64,000 nt of DNA from Candidatus Cloacimonadales bacterium (GCA_963677495.2 CAXXOU010000004.1:160001-224000); one strand, 5' to 3'; numbered from the stretch's first letter, positions 30,258 through 41,016 are shown. A program made the numbers and translations. Notes: generated by a model not told the origin, from the letters alone.

Positions 30258-31753
30258 ATGAAAAAGATTGTAGTTGTGTTATTAACAATAATGTATTGTG
30301 TAACTATATTACTTAATGCAGAGTTGAACGTTGAGATATCTACACAAAATCACATTGATTTACCTTACGATGTTGATTTTATTTTCTTAGAAGAGGATGT
30401 ATTTATTCATTTCTATGATATTGTTGAACAAGATGCAAATATCGAAGTATACCATTACGCGCTGAACAACGATCTGAATTTTACTCCTTATACACTACTT
30501 GAGTCAGTAAACACTCAAGGTTCTGGAATAGAAGATATTGAAATGAAACAAGTTTATGGCTCAGATTGTATTCATTTGATTTATTTAAATGACTCAAATA
30601 AACCTGAGAGAGTTACTATGATTTCTAACTTTGAGCAAGTTCAAGGGTCGATTGACCTCTCCTTAGTTGAGCATCCTATAAGAAAACACATATCAGTATC
30701 AGATTCTTTGTTTGCTTACCAAGCATATAGTCAGACCAGTTCAAGTTCTGTTTACTTTAAGCATAACATATCTACCAATGAAAGTGAAGTAGTTACATTT
30801 AGAGATGGAGCTCCAAGTTTGATAAGTATGGGGGATTATATTGTTATACCAGGAAGTTTTGATAATCCATCATTTCAGGGTTATTGCTTTTATAGTAGTC
30901 AATTCGAACTTGTTAATACAGTTGAACTCAATGATTATACTGAATACTCATATATGTGCCTTTCTGATATTGATTATAAAGAGATTCCATACGCAGATGG
31001 TTTTATAACTAGTTTTAGTGATTTTGGAGATCCTGATAACTGGCCAATTCTTTATATAAGACCTTTGAATAATGAACTTGAAGTTTCCGAAATAATCTCA
31101 GGTATATTTTCTAGCGTGAAAGTCACTTCCAATGAAAACATCTATTCACAAGTGTATATGAATTATGAGTATCACTTATTCCATTCAGTTTTTGGGAAAT
31201 CAGCTGGATAAATACTGATTTAAATGTATGTCAAACGAATCGATTACCAATTATTGTAGACGATCTATATATAACAACCTTTGAAAGCTCTGATATCCAT
31301 TTTACAATATTTGATAGTAATGGGATTGCTTTTGAGCAGTCATTACCATTAAATCATTCTTTAGGATTCCATCCTTTCTACTCTTTTAATAGGCTATTTT
31401 ACATAGATGCAAATCACGGTATCTCATATTTTGATTTCGGATATACTTATCCGAATTATGATGATGAGAATCCTGCATTAAGTATGATAACATCATCCAA
31501 CTATCCAAATCCGTTTAACCCAACAACCACTATTGAATACTCAGTACCAGAAACTGGAAATGTGAGCATTGATGTATACAACATCTTAGGTCAAAGAGTG
31601 AAAACACTGGTCAATTCAGAGCATTCAAAAGGTACTCATACTATCCAATGGGATGGGAAAGATGTTAATAATGCACTTTCTAGTGGGATATACTTCTATA
31701 AGGTATCGCAGAACGGTAAGAGTGTTACCAAGAAGATTGTGATGATGAAATAG
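30258..31753 (+). pseudogene. Frameshifted paralog B2 of secreted CTD protein
   Basis: ORF stops at 31211 but B1 homology continues in the -1 frame from ~31199 (ISWINTD...FGYTYPN...NYPNPFNP) to 31753. Confidence 0.8.
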
Positions 31754-31847
31754 TCTCATGTTATAATTTCTATCTTGACATATCTTTAGCTACATATTTT
31801 GTCGCTTCAAGCATTGATTTTCAATGTAATAATTTAACTAACACACA

Positions 31848-32025
31848 GGAGGTGTTTACCGGCAACCTTGATTAGAAGAGGTTGTGTTGGAGCTGAATAA
31901 AACTAAGAAACATATTAGAAAAGATCAACGAAGTATGATCAGATTTTGTAATCTGACACACTTCATGAGGACTTATGTTTTTTAGAATTATCAATTAGCT
32001 CTGAATGGTAACACCAATCAAATCC
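31848..32025 (+). ncRNA. Putative structured RNA / cis-regulatory leader
   Basis: Nested stems: GGTGTTTACC/GGTAACACC, GCAACCT/AGGTTGT, GAGCTGA/TTAGCTC, CTAAGAAACATA/TATGTTTTTTAG, TCAGATT/AATCTGA; TTGACA at 31775. Confidence 0.5.
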
Positions 32026-32086
32026 AAGCAAATCTTTTAATTCTATTATTACGTAATCCTCAAAAATACAAAATTAGGAGGATAAC

Positions 32087-32896
32087 ATGTTGATCGATAG
32101 AATGAAAAGAGAACATCTAAACGAACTCTTCGGTAAATTAAAACTCCTGAATAAGCAGGGGAAAGACCATAATGCAAAGATAGAGCAAATATTAGCATAT
32201 TTAGAGATTATACATTCTCATGTGAGAAAGTATTCATTAAAGCGTGAACTTGTTTTCATAGATAGCTGTGCCGGGAACTGTTATTTAAGTTTTCTAGTGT
32301 ATTACTTTTACACCGAAATTGAGATGAGAAAAGTAAGGATTCATTGCGTTGATTATAACGATTCATTAATGCAGAAAGCAGAAAGACTAGCTAATGAATT
32401 TGGTTTCGAGAATATGCACTTTCATACTAATGATGTTTTAGAGTTCGAAGCACCAACTAACATTAATCTTGTATACTCTCTGCATGCGTGTGATACAGCG
32501 ACAGATGCTACATTGTATCTCGGAATTAAGAGCAGGGCAAAGATGATATTATCAGTGTCATGTTGCCAGCATACAATCAAGAAACAGTTTCGAACAAGCA
32601 AAAGCAAAGGTATTACAAAGCATAGCATTTTCAAAGATAGATTACTATATATGATTGGTGATTCTATGAGAAGTCTTCTACTGGAGTTAAATGGTTACAC
32701 TCCCGGAATCTTTGATTTTGTTTCATCAAGATATACAGACAAGAACATAATGCTTAGAGCAGTACCGGGTAAACTTACCAGAAGTGAAGATGTACTTAAT
32801 GATTACAAGAAGATGTATGACGACTACAAGGTTGTACCTGTATTAGAACATTATCTATATAAAGACAGATTGAGAACTAAGCTTGAATCTAGCTAA
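32087..32896 (+). CDS. SAM-dependent methyltransferase (Methyltransf_32-like)
   Basis: DSCAGNCYLSF motif I, LHACDTATD, SCCQH, YTDKN. Confidence 0.82.
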   Translation: MLIDRMKREHLNELFGKLKLLNKQGKDHNAKIEQILAYLEIIHSHVRKYSLKRELVFIDSCAGNCYLSFLVYYFYTEIEMRKVRIHCVDYNDSLMQKAERLANEFGFENMHFHTNDVLEFEAPTNINLVYSLHACDTATDATLYLGIKSRAKMILSVSCCQHTIKKQFRTSKSKGITKHSIFKDRLLYMIGDSMRSLLLELNGYTPGIFDFVSSRYTDKNIMLRAVPGKLTRSEDVLNDYKKMYDDYKVVPVLEHYLYKDRLRTKLESS

Positions 32897-32946
32897 ATAT
32901 AAAAAGGGCTCAACACAGAGCCCTTTATTTATGTATATTAGTATTT

Positions 32947-34188
32947 TTAGTGAAGTGGGTGGATAAAGAGACCTGAACGAAGTTTTGGCTCGAACCAGGT
33001 AGATTTAGGAGGCATGATTTCTCCTGCATCTGCGATATCCATAAGTTCCTGCATTGATGTTGGGAACATAGAGAAAGCAACTCTTTCACCATTATTAACT
33101 CTCTTTTCAAGTTCAGAGAGACCACGGATTCCACCGATAAAGTCGATTCTCTCGTCTGTACGAGGATCACCGATACCGAGGATAGGGTTAAGTAAGTTCT
33201 CTTGGAGAATAGAAACATCAAGAGCTTTCACAGGGTCATTTGCATCAAATGAATCTGCTTTTGCTGTAAGCTTGTACCAAGTATCATTGATGAACATACC
33301 GAATGTGTGGATTGACTCTGGTTTGTAAGCTTCAGTTCCAACTTCTTCAACATCGAAATGCTTCTTAACAAGCTCAAAATACTCTTCATCACTATGACCA
33401 TTAAGGTCTTTTACAACACGGTTATAATCCATAACATAAAGCTGGTTATCAGGGAAGATAACAGCCATGAAGAAATTATATTCCTCTTCACCTGTGTAGT
33501 TAGGATTCTCTTCTCTAAGACGAAGTCCAACCTTAGCAGCTGAAGCTGTTCTGTGGTGACCGTCAGCAACATAGAGATATGGCATTGCTTCAAACGCAGC
33601 AGAGATAGCTTTAATATCTTCTTCGTTATCCATAAGCCATAATGTGTGTTTAACACCATCATCAGCTGTGAAGTCGTATTCCGGAGCTTTCTCGATTGTT
33701 TTACTTACAATCGCATCAATTTCATCTTTATGCGGATATGTGAAGAACACAGGAGAAGCGTGAGCAGCACAGGTATAAACGTGTTTGATTCTATCAGCTT
33801 CTTTTGCTGCGCGTGTAAGCTCATGTTTCTTAATTATATTGTTCATATAATCATCAACAGCAGTACAACCAACAAGACCAACCTGAGAAACGTCACCCAT
33901 GATTTCACGGTATACATAAAACATTGGTTTTTCATCTTGTGCCATGTGTCCGTCAGTAACATATTTATCTAAATTTTCTTTGGCTTTGAGATATACTTCT
34001 TCAGCATAATGGTCGATATCTAATGGTAAATCAACTTCAGGTTTCTCAACATGGATATAGCTAAGAGGGTTCTTCTTAACTTCTTCACGTGCTTCATCTG
34101 AATTCATTACATCATATGGTAAAGAAGCAATATCTTTTGCTTTGCCTTTAACAGGTCTTACAGCTTTAAAAGGTCTGAATACTGGCAT
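32947..34188 (-). CDS. DUF1015 family protein
   Basis: PYDV, KKHELT, YVADGHHR, MPPKSTWFEPKLRSGL. Confidence 0.9.
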   Translation of the reverse strand: MPVFRPFKAVRPVKGKAKDIASLPYDVMNSDEAREEVKKNPLSYIHVEKPEVDLPLDIDHYAEEVYLKAKENLDKYVTDGHMAQDEKPMFYVYREIMGDVSQVGLVGCTAVDDYMNNIIKKHELTRAAKEADRIKHVYTCAAHASPVFFTYPHKDEIDAIVSKTIEKAPEYDFTADDGVKHTLWLMDNEEDIKAISAAFEAMPYLYVADGHHRTASAAKVGLRLREENPNYTGEEEYNFFMAVIFPDNQLYVMDYNRVVKDLNGHSDEEYFELVKKHFDVEEVGTEAYKPESIHTFGMFINDTWYKLTAKADSFDANDPVKALDVSILQENLLNPILGIGDPRTDERIDFIGGIRGLSELEKRVNNGERVAFSMFPTSMQELMDIADAGEIMPPKSTWFEPKLRSGLFIHPLH

Positions 34189-34287
34189 ACAGTTTCTCCT
34201 TAAATATTTTTTATTAGTTTATGTGTTACTTGAATTACATCTATGATTTATGTCAATTAAATGTTGTATGAAGTTTAATTAGTATGA

Positions 34288-35961
34288 CTACTTCATAATA
34301 ACTACTTTTCTTGTAGCCGAACTGTTGCTGCCTTCTACCTTTAGAAAGAAAACTCCATTTGGTAAATCTTTAGTGTCGATCATATAATCACTAGATCTGT
34401 TTGTAGAAACCTTTCTTTTTAGTTGCCCTTTAATATTATAAAGTAAGATTGCTAGTGCATCATCAGGTTTTTCCAACTGAATCCTAAGTTCGTTTTTTAC
34501 AGGATTTGGGTACAATGTATAAACCGGAGCTGAAATAACCTCTTCATCAATTCCACTGTTATAGTCAGTTGTCAAAGTTATTTGCATGTTTTCATTAGCT
34601 CCAATATCAGCCCTAACGTAGCATATGTTTGAAGTTTCCCTTCTGATTATCTGTTGAATTGTACCGTTTTGGCAAGAATAACCAAATTCTCCAGAAGGCA
34701 TTTCAAACTTCAGTTTTATGTCATCAAATGTTAATGAGTAATTGTTCAAAATTGTTGCTGTAACTTCGTCATGTTCCTGATTAGCTGAGTAAGAAACATT
34801 GAAAGCATTACCATCATAACCTGCATAGACTGTATGGTGCGGTTGCAAAGTATCGTTATTCATACTAATAAATCGCATCGCTCTTGTGTTGCTTCCGGCA
34901 TTATCAGTGCCCAGATTGTATGGTTGTGAGTATATACTCCCCTCATTATGGTGTATATGACCGTAAAGAGCCATTTCAACTCCAAGATTGCTTAGGTTGA
35001 GCTCTTCATCGAAGTCATAGTGATAGAAGAGAATCTGATTAATTGTATCATCATGGACAGATAGCTCATTCTGTAACCATTGAATCTGCCTATCCGTGAA
35101 ACTGGTATCACCATATCGTAACCAGAAATAGTCTTCATAGTTAATATAAGATTCCAAGCCCACGAACAGGTTATCACCGTATTTAAATGAATAGTTTTGG
35201 GTATAGTAGAATTCAGATTGAGGAGGATTAGCTAATCTTTCCCAACCAAAGAATCTCCACCAGTTGTATCGGGCAGTTCCTAATGGGGGAGGAGTAGAAT
35301 CCCAACCTCCAATATCATGATTCCCGGAAACGAGATATACAGGAACTTCCAGCTCACCTAAGACTCTTTTAGCTTTTGTGAAATACTCTCTACTATCAAA
35401 CTCTTCCAATTCACCTTCATGAATCAAATCTCCGGTTAGGAGAACAAACTCAGGGTCAATGATGTTCACATCCTCTATTAATGCTCTTAAGTCCATAGTA
35501 TTGGTAGAATCGGACTCTGAGCCATTCTCATAGTAGTACATGTAAGTTGGTAAATGGGTATCTGTTATCTGTACGAATTTATAGTTATCTTTAAACTCAG
35601 GTATGATATATACTGAATTTCGAGAAGTATCTTCTTCAACTCCATCAGCATTTACATAAAGGTCGTAAAGTTCAAAGATTTCCGGTACCGGTGTTGTAAC
35701 TTCAATAAACCATCTTTCATATCCTGAAGAATAACTTGCTGAATTAATTGACAATGGTAAGACAATATCATCAAATCTTAGTTCTACTTCCCAGTTTTGT
35801 GTCTGTGGAGGTGCATTACATTCAATGTTGAATACTTCTCCCGGTGTAGCAATTTGAGGTACACTAAGGATTGGTCTCTGTATCACAGTTAGGACATCCC
35901 CAATAGCGAATGCAAAAGAAGTGAGGAATGCTAAATATATAATTAATGTTAATCTTTTCAT
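34288..35961 (-). CDS. Secreted calcineurin-like metallophosphoesterase with T9SS-like CTD
   Basis: TDTH, TGDL, GNHD, GHIH motifs; YPNP..LYNIKGQ..KVVIMK CTD. Confidence 0.88.
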   Translation of the reverse strand: MKRLTLIIYLAFLTSFAFAIGDVLTVIQRPILSVPQIATPGEVFNIECNAPPQTQNWEVELRFDDIVLPLSINSASYSSGYERWFIEVTTPVPEIFELYDLYVNADGVEEDTSRNSVYIIPEFKDNYKFVQITDTHLPTYMYYYENGSESDSTNTMDLRALIEDVNIIDPEFVLLTGDLIHEGELEEFDSREYFTKAKRVLGELEVPVYLVSGNHDIGGWDSTPPPLGTARYNWWRFFGWERLANPPQSEFYYTQNYSFKYGDNLFVGLESYINYEDYFWLRYGDTSFTDRQIQWLQNELSVHDDTINQILFYHYDFDEELNLSNLGVEMALYGHIHHNEGSIYSQPYNLGTDNAGSNTRAMRFISMNNDTLQPHHTVYAGYDGNAFNVSYSANQEHDEVTATILNNYSLTFDDIKLKFEMPSGEFGYSCQNGTIQQIIRRETSNICYVRADIGANENMQITLTTDYNSGIDEEVISAPVYTLYPNPVKNELRIQLEKPDDALAILLYNIKGQLKRKVSTNRSSDYMIDTKDLPNGVFFLKVEGSNSSATRKVVIMK

Positions 35962-35997
35962 AAGTATAAGTTAAGTTTTGTTAAGGATTCTGCAAGT

Positions 35998-37263
35998 TTA
36001 CTGTCTAATAATATCAATGGTTTGTACTTTACCTGCTTTGATCGCAGGTACTAAAGTAGCAATGAAACTTATGATAAGACAGATTGCAGAGATAACTATA
36101 AAGTCGATTGCTCTTGGTTCAATTGGTAGTGCATTCATAGGAAGATTGCCGGTCGGTATCTTAATCAAGTGCCATCTGTTTTGGACATACATAAATAGGG
36201 TAGCTAAAGCTATTCCTAATGCTGTTCCGCTAATGCCAATTGTCATTCCCTGACGAAGATATATACTGAATATATCTTTTTTAGTACATCCGAGTGATTT
36301 CAAGATACCAATCTCTTTTCTTTGTCTCACAATCATCTTAGCAAAGTTTCCGGTAAGGTTGAAAGATGTAATGATAATCATCAATGATAGGATTGCCATC
36401 ATTACAACTTTCTCAAGTTTCATAGCACTATAAAGGTTTCTATCAAAGCTGCTCCATGGTTGAAAATCGTAGTTAGGATACAAGGTTGTAAGTTCATTAG
36501 CTAGAGTATCTATCTCTCTGGGATTATATGTTTTCACTTCAAGGAACTGAATTTCATCTTGTTGAACATTCTCTAGGAAATAGGAGCAGTTTCCCAAACT
36601 AGTATATGCAAAAATATTATCATATTCAGGCATTCCGGATATAAACAGACCGGCAACCTTCAAGTCTTTTGATTTAGGCATCAGACCAAAGGCTGTTGGA
36701 ATTGTACCAATAGGGGAGAGCACTTTGACAACATCTCCAGGCATTGCTCTTAACTGCATTGCTAAGTCATAACCAAGTATGATAGAATCTTCCGGATAAC
36801 TGCCATCTGAACGGTACCCACTAAACATCCCTCTTCTAATCTCATCTGATTCAATACTAAAGTTTTTAGGATACTGACTGAATACTGGAGAAATTTGCTC
36901 TTGATGTTTTAACTCAGCACCATAAAGTACTACACCAGCACTGTTTTCCCCCTTCATAATCATGAGCTCAGCTCTATTCCCGGGCGCTACAACATCAATT
37001 TTAGGATGCTTTAAAAGGGCTTTCATAAAATCATGATAATCTTTCATTGGTGTCTTATCATGATTTCTAACTATCATCTCAGATTTCATACCAATGATAC
37101 GTTCCATTATATCTCTATCGAAACCGTTCATTACTGCAGACACTGAAAGGTAAGCAAATACACCAATCACTATACCAATAAATGGCATCAGATGAGTTCT
37201 TTTAAAGAAATTTCGCTTCCTGTTGAGAAGTAATGTTCTGGAAATATATGATGGATAATTCAC
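35998..37263 (-). CDS. Lipoprotein-releasing ABC transporter permease (LolC/E family)
   Basis: IGIVIGV..SAVMNGF, MacB periplasmic domain, EIGILKSLG FtsX domain. Confidence 0.85.
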   Translation of the reverse strand: MNYPSYISRTLLLNRKRNFFKRTHLMPFIGIVIGVFAYLSVSAVMNGFDRDIMERIIGMKSEMIVRNHDKTPMKDYHDFMKALLKHPKIDVVAPGNRAELMIMKGENSAGVVLYGAELKHQEQISPVFSQYPKNFSIESDEIRRGMFSGYRSDGSYPEDSIILGYDLAMQLRAMPGDVVKVLSPIGTIPTAFGLMPKSKDLKVAGLFISGMPEYDNIFAYTSLGNCSYFLENVQQDEIQFLEVKTYNPREIDTLANELTTLYPNYDFQPWSSFDRNLYSAMKLEKVVMMAILSLMIIITSFNLTGNFAKMIVRQRKEIGILKSLGCTKKDIFSIYLRQGMTIGISGTALGIALATLFMYVQNRWHLIKIPTGNLPMNALPIEPRAIDFIVISAICLIISFIATLVPAIKAGKVQTIDIIRQ

Positions 37264-37265
37264 TG

Positions 37266-37838
37266 CTACTCTGTAAGGGCTTTGATTAGATTTACAGCAG
37301 TTAAAAGGTCTGGTGCAATAAAATCAGGTTTTACCTTCCAAGTATCTCTGTTTTCAAAGAATTCTTTTTTACCATTACCCGTCAAAACTAAGATTGTCTG
37401 AAGCTTAGCATTATGTCCAAACTCAATGTCAGAATACTTATCTCCAATCATCCAGGATTTTGCAGCATCAATATCATGCTCCTGACAGGCAACTTTAAAC
37501 ATCCCAATATCAGGTTTTCGACAACTGCTTGAAACATTGTATGGTTCTACAACTCCCTCTTTATGGTAGGGACAGTAGTATACAGCATCTATATGTGCAT
37601 TAGAGTCTTTTAAGTTCATATGCATCTTCTCATGAATAGCATCTAAATCCTCAGGTGTATAATACCCTCTAGCTACTCCGCTTTGATTAGTAACAATAAT
37701 TGCTTTAAATCCCATTGCATTGATTGAGCTAACAGCTTCTCCTGCAAAAGAGTATAGCTCGAAAGCCTCGGGAGTGCTTATGTAACCATGCTTATCCATG
37801 TTGATTGTGCCATCGCGATCCATGAAAACAGCTTTCAT
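37266..37838 (-). CDS. gmhB: D-glycero-D-manno-heptose-1,7-bisphosphate phosphatase (HAD IIIA)
   Basis: DRDGT, TNQSG, CPYH..CRKP, IGDK..D. Confidence 0.88.
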   Translation of the reverse strand: MKAVFMDRDGTINMDKHGYISTPEAFELYSFAGEAVSSINAMGFKAIIVTNQSGVARGYYTPEDLDAIHEKMHMNLKDSNAHIDAVYYCPYHKEGVVEPYNVSSSCRKPDIGMFKVACQEHDIDAAKSWMIGDKYSDIEFGHNAKLQTILVLTGNGKKEFFENRDTWKVKPDFIAPDLLTAVNLIKALTE

Positions 37839-37849
37839 TGTTTTAACCT

Positions 37850-40231
37850 CTAGTAATACTTCTTATGCCCTTTAGTCTCTATTTTCAGATCATCTTGCAG
37901 CTTAATGTTGAAGAACACTAGCTTATAATCCCAATAATCATTTGATCGATTATATGACAGAGTAAGTCTCCAACAGTGTAAATCTCTTGTCAGATTCAAT
38001 GTCTGAGAAACAATTCTTTTATCTTCTACATTTATATAATTACTATAGGATACATTCCAGTTTTTAGTTAAATTAAAGCTACTCGATAGTCTCAAATTTT
38101 GTGTTTTCGGTTCAAAGAATTTAACTTCGGAGCTCATATCATGAGTTAGAGTAACCTTCCATGAATTGGTCTCTGAAATCTTTTGAAGTTCCTCCAGAGT
38201 TAGTTCACCCTCACCATTAACTGTCTCTACTTTATGGTCTGCAAGAGGATTAGAAGGATTCCTAAAGTAATCATAATAGTTTGTATCACCACTAACTGAG
38301 AAGGATTGGTTAAAGCTCCAATCTCTAGCTTTCCAGTCCAGCCAACTCATCTCATATGGAGTTTGCTTAAATCTAACTGAGTTATTGTATGATATTGGTG
38401 TTTTACCAACTTTAAAACTTTTTGGTCTGAACTGAATATAGTGCGATAGATCGGAAAACTCTTTCTCATCTTTCTCTAAGTCATAGCTACAACTACTTGT
38501 CATGCTAAGAAGGTTGTTATAGGTTTTCTCCTTCTCAGTTTCTTTATCAAAGACTTTCAACTGCCATTCCTGACCTAGTGATAAATTGACTCTTCTACTT
38601 CGGTCACCTGTGTTTGGAGAAACTCCACCAAAAGAATAATAATCTCCGGCATGTTTAGAAAAGTCAGGTTTATAACTAAAGCTAACTGACGGTTTGAGGA
38701 TGTGTCGCATCGCTTTGAAATAGGAATGATTAAACTTCCTGTATCCGTAAATAGTGGTACTTAGCTTGGTTGAAGTGTTATAATCTCCGGCTCTTCCAAT
38801 GCTATCATCCACTTTACTTCGGTCAAAAATATATTCGTTATAATTAAAGCTCTGTGAGAATACAAGCCAGTTCATAAGCTTGTCAGAGTAATAGATTGTA
38901 CCTTTTATCGCAGCACCGGCGTGATGCTCATTGATATAAACACCGGTTGTGTCCTTTTCGTTGTTCCAAATAATATCAGAGAACTCAGGATCTTCCTCTT
39001 TAACTGTTCCGGTATGCACTGCCATAAAGCTACTACTTACATTGAACTTAGTCCACCAGGCATTTCTATTCACTTTGCTGTCTTTCGTTGTAAAGAATTC
39101 ATAGATAGGCTTAGAAGGAAGTGAATAGGAAGCTTTTGGTAAGGTAATCGATTTAGTTTCGTTCAAAAAATCATCGGTATAGTTTGCACTCAAACTAAGT
39201 GTTGAACTGAGTAATGGTTTACTAAAAGACATAGAAGATGTGATACGCTCAGAAAGACGCTTATCTATGTCCTCTTCACTTTCCCAAATCTGTTTACTTG
39301 TAACATAGTTCAGGTTTACTCGTAAGGTAGTCTTATTACCGAAATCATGAAAATGGGTAGCATTTACAACCCAGTCATCAGTTGCTTTTCCAATGTCAGT
39401 AACTCTGTGGTTATACGTAAAATCAACCCCACCATTGTAGATATACCTTTTCTTATAATCACTATCAAAATTGAAGTTCCAGCCACGTAACTCAGTTAAA
39501 TCAAGACTGAAGATGAAGTCTGCATAATCTTTGTAGGGATAGTAATATGCAACATTTTCAATGTATTTTCCATCTTCGTTGTTATATCCCGGCTGGGGTA
39601 CTAGGAATCCGGGTTTTCTCCCTCGTTTTGCTGGGAATGAAGCATAAGGTAGCCATAACAATGGAAACTCATTCACATACATAACAAGTGGGCGTCCCAA
39701 TATTTGTTCATTTACATAGACTCTTAGCTTCTTTGATTTCATGTAGAAGTGTGGATGCTCTTCTTCACAAGTTGTGAACTTACCATCATCTATATCGTAT
39801 ATCTTTTTGCCTACTTTTCTAATCTCGTTTCCTGAATAGAATCCCTGCTCAAATTTACCAATCCCGTTAAAGAGTATTCCCTCCTCAGTGTTAACATCAT
39901 AATAGGTGTCATGACCTATCATGAGCTGGGTTCCATCTTCCATGCGAGTCAAACCCTTTGTGAATGCTTTCCTATTTTCAAGGTCAACGATTATGGAATC
40001 CGATTCAATATTATAGTTTTTATACTCAATTTCTGCATTGCTGTACAGCTGTATTATTTGTTTGTCATAATTTGTACTTAAACTATCTGCCGAGAAGAGG
40101 ATGGAATCTGCCTTAGCTCTCTCGATACGGAGAGTGTCTCCAACGCTAATAACAGCGGGAGTTACCTGACTAAATGCACTTGTAGTCAGTATTAATATGT
40201 ATATTAGTGATGCGATAGTCTTCTTAATCAT
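37850..40231 (-). CDS. lptD: LPS assembly protein LptD
   Basis: OstA-like N-terminus, FTTC..HPH, RGRKPGFLVP, C-terminal RDLHCW. Confidence 0.85.
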   Translation of the reverse strand: MIKKTIASLIYILILTTSAFSQVTPAVISVGDTLRIERAKADSILFSADSLSTNYDKQIIQLYSNAEIEYKNYNIESDSIIVDLENRKAFTKGLTRMEDGTQLMIGHDTYYDVNTEEGILFNGIGKFEQGFYSGNEIRKVGKKIYDIDDGKFTTCEEEHPHFYMKSKKLRVYVNEQILGRPLVMYVNEFPLLWLPYASFPAKRGRKPGFLVPQPGYNNEDGKYIENVAYYYPYKDYADFIFSLDLTELRGWNFNFDSDYKKRYIYNGGVDFTYNHRVTDIGKATDDWVVNATHFHDFGNKTTLRVNLNYVTSKQIWESEEDIDKRLSERITSSMSFSKPLLSSTLSLSANYTDDFLNETKSITLPKASYSLPSKPIYEFFTTKDSKVNRNAWWTKFNVSSSFMAVHTGTVKEEDPEFSDIIWNNEKDTTGVYINEHHAGAAIKGTIYYSDKLMNWLVFSQSFNYNEYIFDRSKVDDSIGRAGDYNTSTKLSTTIYGYRKFNHSYFKAMRHILKPSVSFSYKPDFSKHAGDYYSFGGVSPNTGDRSRRVNLSLGQEWQLKVFDKETEKEKTYNNLLSMTSSCSYDLEKDEKEFSDLSHYIQFRPKSFKVGKTPISYNNSVRFKQTPYEMSWLDWKARDWSFNQSFSVSGDTNYYDYFRNPSNPLADHKVETVNGEGELTLEELQKISETNSWKVTLTHDMSSEVKFFEPKTQNLRLSSSFNLTKNWNVSYSNYINVEDKRIVSQTLNLTRDLHCWRLTLSYNRSNDYWDYKLVFFNIKLQDDLKIETKGHKKYY

Positions 40232-40422
40232 ATTCAAAACAGTTAAAAAGAGCAAGCTCTTTGTGTCAAGTAGAGGATTAAAGCTAGCTTTATGGTTTCA
40301 ATCGACTGCTTGTCAGGGCATAGCTTTTAACGAAGACTGATGTCGGTTTCAAATTGTAACTTCAAGTCAACTACTTCTCTTTACTTAATCGCATCAAGAA
40401 CTTTATTGCACCGTTAAATAAG

Positions 40423-40498
40423 TTATGCACACGATGTGGATAACTTTAGGGGTTCATAGGGAGGGTCTAGGGAGGCTATAGGGAGGGACAAGCGAGAT
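40423..40498. repeat. Inverted DnaA-box-like pair followed by 11-bp-periodic TAGGGAGG array
   Basis: TTATGCACA-cga-TGTGGATAA at 40423-40443; TAGGG at 40447, 40457, 40468, 40479. Confidence 0.7.
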
Positions 40499-41016
40499 TC
40501 AAGGTTTTTGAAGCGATTAAGTTAAGGATTCCTAAGGACTCCAAGAGATTCATTAGGTATATGATTCCAATTTTTTCTTGGAATTGTGTTCTTAAGAGCA
40601 AAGGTTGGCCTTTTTTTTGAAAGTGCGTTCTCCAGTTGGTTGTGGTATACATCTTGAAAGAGTGAAAATTGGGGATGATTCGGAGAAATGCATAATGCTT
40701 TTCACGAGTTCAAGACGGTGGATTATGAGTATACATTTACAATCCTACATGCCCTTAATTATAAAATATTATCAAGTTCTAACAAAATAAGTCACTTAAG
40801 ACATGTATTTAGAAAAAAGAAGTATCTATGAGAACAAACTCTTTGATATTTCTTCGTTACAATATGGGTGTCACATATTAACAATAATTGATTAAGTACA
40901 GATTGATAGAGATTTCCCTTGACAGTAATGCTTTACAAACATTTGCTATAATATAGGTATATTCATTGAAGCGGACTCATAAATGAGGTGATGTTACCTA
41001 CTTATTGGAGGAGCGG

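Noticed and set aside
25393..31753. Diversity-generating retroelement acting on the paralogs
   Set aside because: No reverse transcriptase, no non-coding template repeat, and differences are not visibly adenine-restricted
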